Below are positions 49,351 through 59,149 of a DNA stretch of 64,000 nucleotides, piece after piece. The stretch is taken from the NCBI GenBank assembly GCA_031285625.1, contig JAITVV010000092.1, forward strand, positions 64,001 to 128,000, written 5' to 3'. The number at the start of each line of letters is the position of its first letter. The first letter of the stretch is position 1. The translations under genes were made by a program, and so were the position numbers. The notes beneath the pieces were generated by a model. It was not told where the DNA came from, searched no databases, and saw only the letters and a list, made by a program, of their open reading frames with translations. The DNA comes from Prevotella sp. (GTDB lineage Bacteria; Bacteroidota; Bacteroidia; Bacteroidales; Dysgonomonadaceae).

Positions 49351-50280
49351 CTATAATGTGATTACCGATGACCCGTTATTATACCTATCAGGAACAAGCG
49401 AATCTATTTTAGCAAGAGTGGTTGAGATATTCGAAGCAGTGGCATTGTCAAATGATTTTAGTATCTTATCCATATCCGCACCATTAATTACCGATACAGT
49501 TGTACCAATCAGTTCAGCAATATTATCACTGTCTTTCAAAACCAGAAACCGTTCGCCTAACAACTTTTTCCACTTATCTTCTATATAACTTGACTCATAG
49601 CTACCATCCTCCACATGAATATGGAATACATGGTATTTTTCCAATGCAGCATTATACAGTTGTTCTGCCGTATAATTAGCCGGAGTTTCTTTCATACCCA
49701 TCATATTTTGGATAAAGCGTCCGTTATAATCCGGATGAAAAGATTCGTCCCCAATAGTAAATAAAAAACCTTTCATCCCTCTTTTTTCGTATGCATCGGT
49801 AGATGTATGATATCCCGCCACATACCATGCCAATGGATATGATTCCATCGCCTGTCCTCCACCGCAACCTTCAATATAAATATCGGCAAGGCTATCTACC
49901 AGCTTAGTCGTTTCCTGTTCAAACTGTCCAATCTGTAATGGAACATTATCTGATATATGGTCTCCTATTGCACCGAAACATATCTGTGCATCATTTACCC
50001 CGTGCAGAATAAGTGTATCCATCATCTTCGGAAATTTGTTCTGTATCAGGTGATAAGGTATCTGACCCATAGAACCAGTTACATCTACAAATACCATAAC
50101 CGGTACACTATACGGATGGTCTGCAGAGTCTCGGCATTCACGCATCCCATTTTTCAGCAATGCCGGATTCATTGTATCTTTCAGCGAGTCTGAGAAAATC
50201 TGGTTTGCAGATTTTGAACCATAGTTACGGGCACTTGTTACTGCGTTGTACGTTCTTGATGAATAATGTCCTGTTCCCAT
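49351..50280 (-). CDS. von Willebrand factor A (vWA) domain protein
   Basis: MIDAS FVDVTGSMG, EGCGGGQAMESY, FTIGDE; Ser/Tyr-rich N-terminus MGTGHYSS. Confidence 0.85.
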   Translation of the reverse strand: MGTGHYSSRTYNAVTSARNYGSKSANQIFSDSLKDTMNPALLKNGMRECRDSADHPYSVPVMVFVDVTGSMGQIPYHLIQNKFPKMMDTLILHGVNDAQICFGAIGDHISDNVPLQIGQFEQETTKLVDSLADIYIEGCGGGQAMESYPLAWYVAGYHTSTDAYEKRGMKGFLFTIGDESFHPDYNGRFIQNMMGMKETPANYTAEQLYNAALEKYHVFHIHVEDGSYESSYIEDKWKKLLGERFLVLKDSDNIAELIGTTVSVINGADMDKILKSFDNATASNISTTLAKIDSLVPDRYNNGSSVITL

Positions 50281-50332
50281 AATCTTTAATTTTTAGAAAG
50301 TTTGTAATCAGTTGAAAAGTCCTTAAATATAA

Positions 50333-50410
50333 TTTACGTATTATTTACGCAAACAAAGTAAGAAATAAATATTCAATCTAACAAATAAATTTGCGTATAT
50401 TTTACGCAAA
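50333..50410. promoter_or_regulatory. Two palindromic operator boxes (NrtR-like) upstream of vWA-AdSS operon
   Basis: TTTACGT-ATTATTT-ACGCAAA (50333-50353) and TTTGCGT-ATATTTT-ACGCAAA (50390-50410); same motif as 40074-40146. Confidence 0.8.
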
Positions 50411-50470
50411 TAAAAATAAATAATAGATTATGAGATAATTACAAATAAAAAATAAATTGTATCGAAAGTT

Positions 50471-50570
50471 TGTCATTCTGAATGTAATGAAGAATCCCGA
50501 CCCTCCGGGGCACGAGAGTTTGGCTCCGCTTCGCTCTGCCGATTTTCAATTCACTCCGTTCAACATGACA
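50471..50570. repeat. REP-like palindromic element, long form copy 2
   Basis: Near-identical to 45812-45910, same orientation, both followed by AAGAGA. Confidence 0.85.
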
Positions 50571-50581
50571 AAGAGATAAAT

Positions 50582-50609
50582 AAAAAAGCCCTTGAATTAT
50601 CAAAGGCTT
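50582..50609 (-). terminator. Intrinsic terminator after rdgB
   Basis: AAAAAAGCCCTTGA...TCAAAGGCTT gives a stem plus U-tail on the minus strand. Confidence 0.7.
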
Positions 50610-50630
50610 CATTATCATATAGTAGTATTT

Positions 50631-51212
50631 CTATATCTTTTTCAGAAATTCACACAAAGCTTTTGTAGCTAAAGCACGGTGACTAATATTGTTTTTTACA
50701 TCCATACCCAATTGGGCGAATGTTTCAGTATATCCATCAGGTTGAAAGATAGGGTCATAACCAAAACCGGCGCTACCCTTTTCTTCTGTGATAATAACTC
50801 CTTCTATCTTCCCTTCAAACATATATTCTTTACCATCCAAAATCAGCGCAATCACAGAGCGGAATTGGGCTTTTCTGTTTGTAATGCCATCCAACTCTTT
50901 CAATAGCTTCTTCATATTGGCTTTAGCATCGTGGTCTCCACCTGCATAACGAGCCGAATATACACCCGGAGCACCATTGAGGGCATCTACTTCGAGTCCG
51001 GTATCATCACCGAAGCAGTCATAACCGTATTTCTCTTTAACATAGCAGGCTTTGATTAAAGCATTTTCCTCTAATGTCTCGCCCGGCTCTTCTATATCTT
51101 CGTAGCAACCAATATCTTTCAGGCTAAGTATATCGAAATTTTCTCCCACAACTTCTTTTACCTCTTCCAGTTTATGGGCATTGTTGGTAGCAAATACTAA
51201 TTTTCTTTTCAT
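50631..51212 (-). CDS. rdgB: Non-canonical purine NTP pyrophosphatase (RdgB/HAM1)
   Basis: [44 protein letters not shown]. Confidence 0.96.
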   Translation of the reverse strand: MKRKLVFATNNAHKLEEVKEVVGENFDILSLKDIGCYEDIEEPGETLEENALIKACYVKEKYGYDCFGDDTGLEVDALNGAPGVYSARYAGGDHDAKANMKKLLKELDGITNRKAQFRSVIALILDGKEYMFEGKIEGVIITEEKGSAGFGYDPIFQPDGYTETFAQLGMDVKNNISHRALATKALCEFLKKI

Positions 51213-52411
51213 TTCTCCTCCAATGAATTATAGGCTTCCAAAGCTTTTTCCAATACAGTAAGCGCCTTGCCTAAATCTTCCTTTTTCAGCACATAAGCTA
51301 TACGCACTTCGTTCTTACCCAGTCCGGGAGTTGTGTAAAAGCCAGATGCCGGAGCCATAAAAATAGTTTCTCCTTCATATTCAAAATCAGACAGACACCA
51401 TGCACAGAACTTATCAGCATCATCTACCGGTAGGCGCGCTACGGTATAGAAAGCACCCATCGGTATAGGTGAATACACCCCTGGAATACGATTCAGCCTG
51501 TCGATAAGGAATTTTCGCCTTTCCACATATTCCTCATACATATCCTGTATATATTCATGCGTCGCATCCAGTGAGGCTTCCGCAGCTATTTGACCGATAA
51601 GTGGCGGACTAAGACGAGCTTGGCATAACTTCATCACCGTTTTGCGAAGCTCTTTATTTTTTGTTATTAATGCACCGATACGGATACCGCACTCACTATA
51701 TCGCTTCGAAACGGAATCGATAAGCACAACATTTTCTTCTATTCCAACCAGATGGCAAGCTGAGACATAAGGAGAGTTGGTATATATAAAATCGCGGTAT
51801 ACTTCATCAGAAAACAGATATAAGTCGTATTTCTGCACCAGATGCTTAATCTGATTCATTTCTGCACGTGAGTATAAATAGCCTGTGGGGTTATTCGGAT
51901 TACAAATCAGAATACCTTTTGTGCGTTCATTGATAAGCGCTTCAAATTTTTCTACAGGTGGCAATGCAAAACCCTCTTCAATAGTAGATGATACGGTACG
52001 GATAACAGCTCCTGCCGATGCTGCAAATGCCATATAATTAGCGTAGGCCGGTTCGGGAACAATAATCTCATCACCCGGATCAAGACAAGCCAGGAAAGCA
52101 AAAAGAACAGCCTCAGAACCTCCCGTTGTTACAATTATATCATCCGGCGATACACTTATATTGTATTTTGTATAATAACCCACAAGTTTTTCCCGATAAG
52201 AACGGTAACCGTCACTCGGGCTATATTCCAATACTGTACGGTCTATATTTCGTATCGCGTCAAGGGCCTCCTCTGGAGTTGGCAGGTCTGGCTGACCTAT
52301 ATTCAGATGATATACTTTCAGTCCTCTTGCTTTTGCAGAGTCTGATAACGGAGCCAATTTCCTGATTGGAGAATTCGGCATATCTATTCCTCGTTGCGAA
52401 ATTTGTGGCAT
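51209..52411 (-). CDS. PLP-dependent aminotransferase class I/II (aspartate aminotransferase-like)
   Basis: [42 protein letters not shown]. Confidence 0.93.
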   Translation of the reverse strand: MPQISQRGIDMPNSPIRKLAPLSDSAKARGLKVYHLNIGQPDLPTPEEALDAIRNIDRTVLEYSPSDGYRSYREKLVGYYTKYNISVSPDDIIVTTGGSEAVLFAFLACLDPGDEIIVPEPAYANYMAFAASAGAVIRTVSSTIEEGFALPPVEKFEALINERTKGILICNPNNPTGYLYSRAEMNQIKHLVQKYDLYLFSDEVYRDFIYTNSPYVSACHLVGIEENVVLIDSVSKRYSECGIRIGALITKNKELRKTVMKLCQARLSPPLIGQIAAEASLDATHEYIQDMYEEYVERRKFLIDRLNRIPGVYSPIPMGAFYTVARLPVDDADKFCAWCLSDFEYEGETIFMAPASGFYTTPGLGKNEVRIAYVLKKEDLGKALTVLEKALEAYNSLEEK

Positions 52412-52671
52412 AATAAAGATTATCTATTCTTATTAACAATAAGGCACAAATATACAAATAATAGGAATATATTAAGGTTTGAGCGGAAGAATAGATTTAT
52501 TTAATTGATATATAATCTAGAAAACATTAGATTGTTAAATATAAGAACAAAGTATACGTTTTTAACTCATACTTTTTTTATTTATAGCTTTTTGGAACAT
52601 TATATTTTATTTTTTTACTAATTTTGCAGGCTGAATTTGAATCGCTTATAATTAATTATTAAATATTGAAA

Positions 52672-53571
52672 ATGAAAGCATTTGTATTCCCTGGACAAGG
52701 GGCTCAATTTGTAGGAATGGGAAAAGACCTTTATGAAACATCTCCCGTAGCAAAAGAAATGTTTGAGAAGGCAAACGAAATTCTAGGATTTCGTATAACA
52801 GACCTGATGTTTGCCGGAACTGATGAAGATCTTCGTCAAACAAAAGTTACCCAACCTGCTATTTTTCTACATTCAGTAATTTTAGCTAAAACAATGGGTG
52901 AAGATTTCACACCGGAAATGGTTGCAGGTCACTCATTAGGTGAATTTTCAGCATTAGTTGCTGCTAACGCTTTATCTTTCGAAGACGGACTAAGACTAGT
53001 ATATAAACGTGCTTTGGCTATGCAGAAAGCATGTGAAATGAATCCTTCAACAATGGCTGCCGTACTTGGCTTACCTGATGCTAAAGTTGAAGAAATATGT
53101 GCTTCAATCAAGGATGAAGTTGTAGTTCCGGCAAACTATAATTGCCCCGGACAAGTGGTTATATCCGGTACCAATGCAGGTATCGATCTGGCTTGTGAAC
53201 TTCTTTTGGCCGCTGGAGCAAAACGTGCACTAAAACTAAAAGTAGGCGGTGCATTCCATTCCCCATTGATGGAACCTGCCAAAATAGAATTATCAGAAGC
53301 AATAAATACAACAATATTTGCTTTACCAACATGCCCTGTTTACCAAAATGTATCAACAGTTGGTGAGTCCGATCCTTTGACTATCAAGGCAAACCTGATT
53401 GCACAATTAACAGCTCCTGTAAAATGGACTCAATCGGTAGAACATATGGTGGCTGATGGCGCTACAGAGTTTATTGAACTTGGACCAGGAAATGTACTAC
53501 AAGGACTGGTAAAGAAAATAGCTCCACAAGTAGCTACCAGCGGAAAGCAACAACTTGTTAATTGCCTTTAA
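52672..53571 (+). CDS. fabD: Malonyl-CoA:ACP transacylase
   Basis: FPGQGAQ, TQPAIF, GHSLGE, GAFHSPLM, ELGPG. Confidence 0.96.
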   Translation: MKAFVFPGQGAQFVGMGKDLYETSPVAKEMFEKANEILGFRITDLMFAGTDEDLRQTKVTQPAIFLHSVILAKTMGEDFTPEMVAGHSLGEFSALVAANALSFEDGLRLVYKRALAMQKACEMNPSTMAAVLGLPDAKVEEICASIKDEVVVPANYNCPGQVVISGTNAGIDLACELLLAAGAKRALKLKVGGAFHSPLMEPAKIELSEAINTTIFALPTCPVYQNVSTVGESDPLTIKANLIAQLTAPVKWTQSVEHMVADGATEFIELGPGNVLQGLVKKIAPQVATSGKQQLVNCL

Positions 53572-53672
53572 GGTCGCAGACCTATTTATTGCTTTCATAT
53601 CTATAACAGCAATAGGGCGTTATGATTAAATAATGTTTCAGTAAATATTTCTTTTACTAAATTAGGGCTAAG

Positions 53673-54626
53673 ATGGCATTTTTTTCAGGAAACAAACAAG
53701 CTGACGATCAGGACGAGACGGCAAAAAACATCTTTCTGTTCGAGCTTGTTCAAAAGAATATCCTAGTAACGGGAGCTAACGGTCAGCTAGGTAGCGAGAT
53801 CCGGCGAATATCGGCAAATCATGAGAATAACTTTAAGTTTTTCTTCACAGATGTAGCTGAACTAGATATTACAGATCTACAGGCTATAGATCGTTTTATC
53901 AAAGAAAATAATATAAAATACATTATCAATTGTGCCGCGTATACAGCTGTAGACAAAGCTGAAGATGATGTAGACCTATGTTATAAAATTAATCGTGATG
54001 CTGCAAAAAATCTAGGTATCGCAGCTACAAATAACAATGCTAAAGTTATACATGTTTCTACGGACTATGTGTATGATGGAACAGCTAATAAGCCTTATGT
54101 AGAAACAGATGCTGTAAACCCTCAATCGATATATGGTAAATCCAAACTGGATGGAGAGAATGAGTTAACAAAAGCTTGTCCTGAAAGCATTATTATTCGC
54201 ACAGCCTGGTTGTATTCAATCTATGGGAACAACTTTGTAAAAACAATGATAAAGCTTGGAAAAGAACGTGACACATTAAATGTAATTGCTGACCAGACAG
54301 GTACTCCGACAAATGCAGCTGATCTGGCCCAGGCAATCATAAAAATCTTAGACTTTAGTGAAGCTAATAAATTTATACCCGGAATATATCATTATTCTAA
54401 TGAGGGTATTACCACATGGTATGATTTTACATTAGCAATACATAAAGATGCAGGTATTACATCCTGCAAAGTAAATTCAATCACTACAGATCAATATCCG
54501 ACTAAAGCAACCAGACCTAAGTATAGTGTATTAGAGAAAGCTAAAATAAAATCCACATTTAATCTTTCTATACCTAAATGGGAAGAAAGTTTAAACATTT
54601 GCATCAAAGAATTGTTATCAATATAA
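53673..54626 (+). CDS. rfbD: dTDP-4-dehydrorhamnose reductase
   Basis: LVTGANGQLG, NCAAYTAVDKAE, HVSTDYVYDG, YGKSK, DQTGTPT; about 27 aa N-terminal extension if ATG 53673 is used. Confidence 0.93.
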   Translation: MAFFSGNKQADDQDETAKNIFLFELVQKNILVTGANGQLGSEIRRISANHENNFKFFFTDVAELDITDLQAIDRFIKENNIKYIINCAAYTAVDKAEDDVDLCYKINRDAAKNLGIAATNNNAKVIHVSTDYVYDGTANKPYVETDAVNPQSIYGKSKLDGENELTKACPESIIIRTAWLYSIYGNNFVKTMIKLGKERDTLNVIADQTGTPTNAADLAQAIIKILDFSEANKFIPGIYHYSNEGITTWYDFTLAIHKDAGITSCKVNSITTDQYPTKATRPKYSVLEKAKIKSTFNLSIPKWEESLNICIKELLSI

Positions 54627-54662
54627 CGTATTATAATTCACTCACAGCTATATTTTAGCGCA

Positions 54663-55217
54663 ATGAATAAGATTTATCTTTTCAATTTGATACTCTTTAC
54701 AACATTCGTTTCCTGCCAAAGCAAACAGGAGAATAATTTGAAAGCTCAATTAGGTACTTTGAATGTAGAACTTACCGAAACTTTTCTTAGCAGTAAAGCT
54801 GACAGTATCGACTTAACAGATGTTTTGAGACTTACTCAGAAAGAGTATGATGATTTACAGTTATCTAAAGTTAAAGGGCTGGAAGGTTATGAATTAAGTG
54901 ACCTGACCATGGGACAGGTATTATTGGATAATGCCAATGGTACAATACTCACAATACAGATTATCACAGATGGCGAGATTACTGAGTATCTTCTCAGTTA
55001 CGACAAAGACGGAAATTTGGTAGATAACCTTATTGTTGCCTATGAAGATATGGTAGAATATTATAGTGAAATATCTTCAAAAATAAATTCTGATTTAATT
55101 ACCGTACAAACGGTTAATTTTACCTATGGTGATGAAGATGGCAACCAGACTGAAGCTTCTGACACTGCTATTGCCAAATATCAAATCACACCGGAGTTTA
55201 AGTTTGTAATGAATTGA
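54663..55217 (+). CDS. Hypothetical acidic lipoprotein
   Basis: Lipobox FVSC after hydrophobic signal. Confidence 0.7.
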   Translation: MNKIYLFNLILFTTFVSCQSKQENNLKAQLGTLNVELTETFLSSKADSIDLTDVLRLTQKEYDDLQLSKVKGLEGYELSDLTMGQVLLDNANGTILTIQIITDGEITEYLLSYDKDGNLVDNLIVAYEDMVEYYSEISSKINSDLITVQTVNFTYGDEDGNQTEASDTAIAKYQITPEFKFVMN

Positions 55218-55291
55218 AATTCCGTAATATTTAGCAAGATTAATAAAGATTTCTTGCAACACACTATTTTAAACAAAAGACAACAACACAT

Positions 55292-55327
55292 AATCCAGAA
55301 TTAATACAATTGTATTAATTCTGGATT
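55292..55327. repeat. Perfect 36-bp palindrome upstream of 55354
   Basis: AATCCAGAATTAATACAA|TTGTATTAATTCTGGATT is its own reverse complement. Confidence 0.9.
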
Positions 55328-55353
55328 TTATCACAACGCTCAAAACCGTTAAA

Positions 55354-56523
55354 ATGAAGCAAAAACTTTTTTTTGTGGGTATCTTTATTTCGATACTCTT
55401 ACTTCCTTCTACTACGAAAGCACAGGTAACAATCGGATCTAATCTTACACCTAATACAGGGGCATTATTAGACTTGAAAGAAAATGCAAATAAAGATACA
55501 AATGCAAATAAAGGGTTATTACTACCACGCGTAATGTTAGAAGACATAGGGAATCTATACCCTATGTTTACGAATGGAGATCCCCTTTATACAGATACAG
55601 AAAAGGATCTGCATACCGGACTAATAGTATATAACCTTAAAGATGATCCTGCAAATGGATTATGCCCCGGGCCTTATGTATGGGAAAACTCTAGCTGGAA
55701 CAGACTATTAGAACCTTGTGAATATACTCCGCCGTCAACACTTACCATTGAGTGCCCGATAACAACACCTATTGTTTCCGGAACTAAAGGCGCAACAATG
55801 TCAGGGACAATAGTACCAATCCCGTACACAATCACGGGAGCCCTTCCTTATCAACTGACAGGTTCATCCGTAACATATAACGGATTGACTGCAACTGTAG
55901 CAGATCAGTCCTTAAGTTCTAATTCGGGTACCATTAATATCACTATTAGCGGCAATCCTACGAATGATACTGGTGGGCTTTATGAATGGTCTATACCTAT
56001 AGGGCAAGGACAAGCATCCTGTAAAGTAAACTTAAGTGTAACAACCCCTCCAATAGGCACTGATTGTGCCACAACTAACAGTCCTGGAGTAGCGCTTGTA
56101 TTCAGCTATAACAGCAAATGGTACGCGGTTAAAATAGGATCACTTAATGGAAATGCAGTTGCTGCACTAAATGAACACGACACAGAGGAATCTGCATTAA
56201 GGGATCCTGAAGGACTTCAGTTTTGTTCAAATCTATCCGGACCGAGATGTGTACCAGTATTTTCAAGGGATGGTGTTAGGTATAATACTCAATTCTTCAC
56301 TGTGAATTCGATTAGTAGCGAAAATAACGGAGTAGTTGCATTTAGTGGGTGTACACAATCTATGATAGCAAACCCTGGAGAAATGCTTAGTTATCAGAAT
56401 GCCACTATTCCTCCAATGGCTACATCCGGAAATCTCGGAGCTATAACAGTTAACGGTACATTATATCTAGGTTATGTTACCGGAGCTGGAGGTATATTGA
56501 CAACCAAAAGTATTATCTACTAA
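55354..56523 (+). CDS. Secreted chimeric protein: QVTIG/LLPRV N-domain + Cys-rich C-domain homologous to the end of 27873-31661
   Basis: QVTIGS..GALLDLKE..KGLLLPRV..HTGLIVYN; C-part VFSYNSKWY..EESALRDPEGLQFC..PRC..YLG..LTTKS. Confidence 0.8.
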   Translation: MKQKLFFVGIFISILLLPSTTKAQVTIGSNLTPNTGALLDLKENANKDTNANKGLLLPRVMLEDIGNLYPMFTNGDPLYTDTEKDLHTGLIVYNLKDDPANGLCPGPYVWENSSWNRLLEPCEYTPPSTLTIECPITTPIVSGTKGATMSGTIVPIPYTITGALPYQLTGSSVTYNGLTATVADQSLSSNSGTINITISGNPTNDTGGLYEWSIPIGQGQASCKVNLSVTTPPIGTDCATTNSPGVALVFSYNSKWYAVKIGSLNGNAVAALNEHDTEESALRDPEGLQFCSNLSGPRCVPVFSRDGVRYNTQFFTVNSISSENNGVVAFSGCTQSMIANPGEMLSYQNATIPPMATSGNLGAITVNGTLYLGYVTGAGGILTTKSIIY

Positions 56524-56538
56524 GATATAGTATGAGGG

Positions 56539-56570
56539 AAATAGCCAGCTGATTACAGCAGGCTATTTTT
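56539..56570 (+). terminator. Intrinsic terminator
   Basis: AAATAGCCAGCTG...CAGCAGGCTATTTTT. Confidence 0.75.
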
Positions 56571-56657
56571 ATATTCCGATCCATAATCATGTAAATACAG
56601 TATTAGGATTTATTCTCCTTTTTTTTTAGTATTTTTGCAGCTTATTAGAAAAATTCA

Positions 56658-58238
56658 ATGAGCGAACTCGAAAAAGAAATTCACAGAAGGCGTACATTTG
56701 CCATTATCAGTCACCCCGATGCAGGGAAAACGACCCTCACAGAAAAGTTATTATTATTCGGAGGTGCAATTCACGTTGCAGGAGCAGTAAAATCGAACAA
56801 GATAAAGAAAACAGCCACTTCGGACTGGATGGAGATAGAGAAACAACGTGGTATCTCTGTTGCTACGTCCGTTATGGGATTCGAATACGATGGCTACAAA
56901 ATAAACATTCTCGATACACCCGGTCACCAGGATTTTGCAGAAGATACGTATCGCACTCTTACTGCAGTAGATAGTGTAATTATAGCTGTCGACTCAGCGA
57001 AAGGTGTAGAGGCCCAAACACGTAAACTGATGGAAGTATGCCGCATGCGCCATACTCCGGTGATGATATTTGTAAACAAAATGGATAGAGAGGGGCGAGA
57101 CCCTTTCGAACTTCTTGACGAGCTGGAAGCAGAATTACAAATAAATGTACGTCCGCTAAGTTGGCCTATCGACAGCGGGCAACGCTTTAAAGGCGTTTAT
57201 AATATCTACCAGGAAAAGCTGGATCTATATACACCCAGCAAGCAAACAGTAACAGAATCTATCGGATTTAAGGATATAAACCACCCCGATCTGGAAAAAC
57301 ATATTGGAGTACCGCTTGCAGCCAAACTAAGGGAAGATATTGAATTGATAAATGGAGTATATTCGGATTTAGACATAGATGCTTATCTCAAAGGACAAGT
57401 TGCTCCGGTATTTTTTGGTTCTGCTTTAAACAATTTCGGAGTAAAGGAACTACTCGATTGTTTTGTACAGATTGCACCATCACCCCGGCCTATAGAGGCA
57501 GTAGAGCGTGTTGTGGAACCGGAAGAAGAAACATTCACAGGATTCATATTCAAGATACATGCCAATATGGACCCCAATCACCGCTCATGTATTGCTTTTG
57601 TAAAAATCTGCTCCGGTAAGTTTGAGCGAAATGTCAATTATAAGCATATGCGTTTAAACAGAACGATGAAGTTCTCCTCCCCCACTGCTTTTATGGCACA
57701 AAAGAAAGAAACAGTCGATGAAGCATATGCCGGAGATATAGTTGGTCTGCCTGACACCGGAAACTTCAAGATTGGTGATACACTTACCTCCGGGGAAGAC
57801 CTACACTTTAAAGGACTACCTAGCTTCTCTCCTGAAATGTTTAAATACATAGAAAACGCTGATCCAATGAAAGCTAAACAGCTTCAGAAAGGCATTGACC
57901 AACTTATGGATGAAGGTGTTGCCCAGTTATTTACAAATCAGTTTAACGGACGAAAGATTATTGGTACTGTAGGACAGTTACAATTTGAGGTAATTCAATA
58001 CCGTTTACTTCATGAATATGGCGCCCAATGTAGATGGGAACCAATTAATTTGTATAAAGCATGCTGGATTGAGAGTGAAAACAAACAACAGTTAGATGAT
58101 TTCAAAAAACGTAAAGCTCAATACATGGCAAGTGACAAAGAGGGACGAGACGTTTTTCTTGCTGATTCGAACTATGTGCTAATGATGGCTCAGCAGGATT
58201 TTAAAGATATAAAATTCCATTTCACTTCGGAGTTTTAG
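56658..58238 (+). CDS. prfC: Peptide chain release factor 3
   Basis: [46 protein letters not shown]. Confidence 0.97.
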   Translation: MSELEKEIHRRRTFAIISHPDAGKTTLTEKLLLFGGAIHVAGAVKSNKIKKTATSDWMEIEKQRGISVATSVMGFEYDGYKINILDTPGHQDFAEDTYRTLTAVDSVIIAVDSAKGVEAQTRKLMEVCRMRHTPVMIFVNKMDREGRDPFELLDELEAELQINVRPLSWPIDSGQRFKGVYNIYQEKLDLYTPSKQTVTESIGFKDINHPDLEKHIGVPLAAKLREDIELINGVYSDLDIDAYLKGQVAPVFFGSALNNFGVKELLDCFVQIAPSPRPIEAVERVVEPEEETFTGFIFKIHANMDPNHRSCIAFVKICSGKFERNVNYKHMRLNRTMKFSSPTAFMAQKKETVDEAYAGDIVGLPDTGNFKIGDTLTSGEDLHFKGLPSFSPEMFKYIENADPMKAKQLQKGIDQLMDEGVAQLFTNQFNGRKIIGTVGQLQFEVIQYRLLHEYGAQCRWEPINLYKACWIESENKQQLDDFKKRKAQYMASDKEGRDVFLADSNYVLMMAQQDFKDIKFHFTSEF

Positions 58239-58244
58239 CCTGAT

Positions 58245-59003
58245 ATGACAAATATACTCATCAACCCGGAATACAGTCAGCTAGAAGGTTTTATTACAAA
58301 TCTTCCGGTAACTTTTTCTCACGCAGGAGAGACAGTCTATTCGGGACGTAATATTATAAAATTATTTGACATACAAGGCCTTACTATAAATGTAAAGTCA
58401 TTTAAAAAACCAATATTTATCAATCAAATTGCCTATACAACTTTCAGAAATTCTAAAGCCAGACGTTCCTACGAATATGCATTAAAACTGGAAGAGAAAG
58501 GCTTTAATACTCCTGATCCGATAGCATATATTGAACAAAAAACATTAGGATTACTAAAACACAGCTTTTATATATCTGTAAATGAAAACTTTGATGGTAT
58601 TATGCAAGAGCTGAAAACCGGAAAAATCGAAGACCTGAAAGAGTTACTATATCACTTTGCCCGATACACAGCAAGATTACATGAAGAGCAAATATTGCAT
58701 TTAGACTATTCTTCAGGGAATATATTATATAAGACAGTAAAGGGCAATTACATCTTCTATCTGGTAGATTTGAACAGAATGATATTCGACAAACCTATCG
58801 ATATGGATACAGCATGCTTCAATTTCAGGCGGTTGTGGGGCAGTGATGAAATGATAAATGTATTTGTAGAAGAATATGCAAAATCGAGAGGTTTTGATAC
58901 TGCAACCTGCCTAAAGAAAACATTTGAATACAGAAAAAAATTTTGGGATACATTTACCAGAAAACATCCCGGATCCTCTCCATATTCTGGGCATGGTGAA
59001 TAG
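58245..59003 (+). CDS. Kdo/WaaP-family lipopolysaccharide kinase-like protein
   Basis: NVKSFK, SKARRSYE, TPDPIAY, HLDYSSGNIL, LVDLNR. Confidence 0.85.
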   Translation: MTNILINPEYSQLEGFITNLPVTFSHAGETVYSGRNIIKLFDIQGLTINVKSFKKPIFINQIAYTTFRNSKARRSYEYALKLEEKGFNTPDPIAYIEQKTLGLLKHSFYISVNENFDGIMQELKTGKIEDLKELLYHFARYTARLHEEQILHLDYSSGNILYKTVKGNYIFYLVDLNRMIFDKPIDMDTACFNFRRLWGSDEMINVFVEEYAKSRGFDTATCLKKTFEYRKKFWDTFTRKHPGSSPYSGHGE

Positions 59004-59149
59004 TGTGGCTTGATGAAATCCTGATGAATAAGGATAATATATCGATAAAATTATCTAATATAAGTATCAACTAACAATATGCAAAGTGACAGAACAAATT
59101 GAAATAAGCTGTTTACTTTGTCACTTTTGTCACTTTTAATTAAAATCAA

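Noticed and set aside
49268-49588. 106 aa plus-strand ORF
   Set aside because: Begins within the REP-like element and runs antisense to the vWA gene
45812-50570. Composite transposon or CRISPR array from the ~100-bp repeats
   Set aside because: No transposase or cas gene, only three irregularly spaced copies separated by whole genes, and internal palindromy typical of REP-like elements
53673-54626. Polysaccharide biosynthesis locus around rfbD
   Set aside because: No other rfb or glycosyltransferase genes adjacent; it is a stand-alone gene among housekeeping genes
30905-56523. Diversity-generating retroelement (TR/VR pair) behind the shared C-terminal domains
   Set aside because: Similarity is at protein level with general divergence, not adenine-specific, and no reverse transcriptase is in the window
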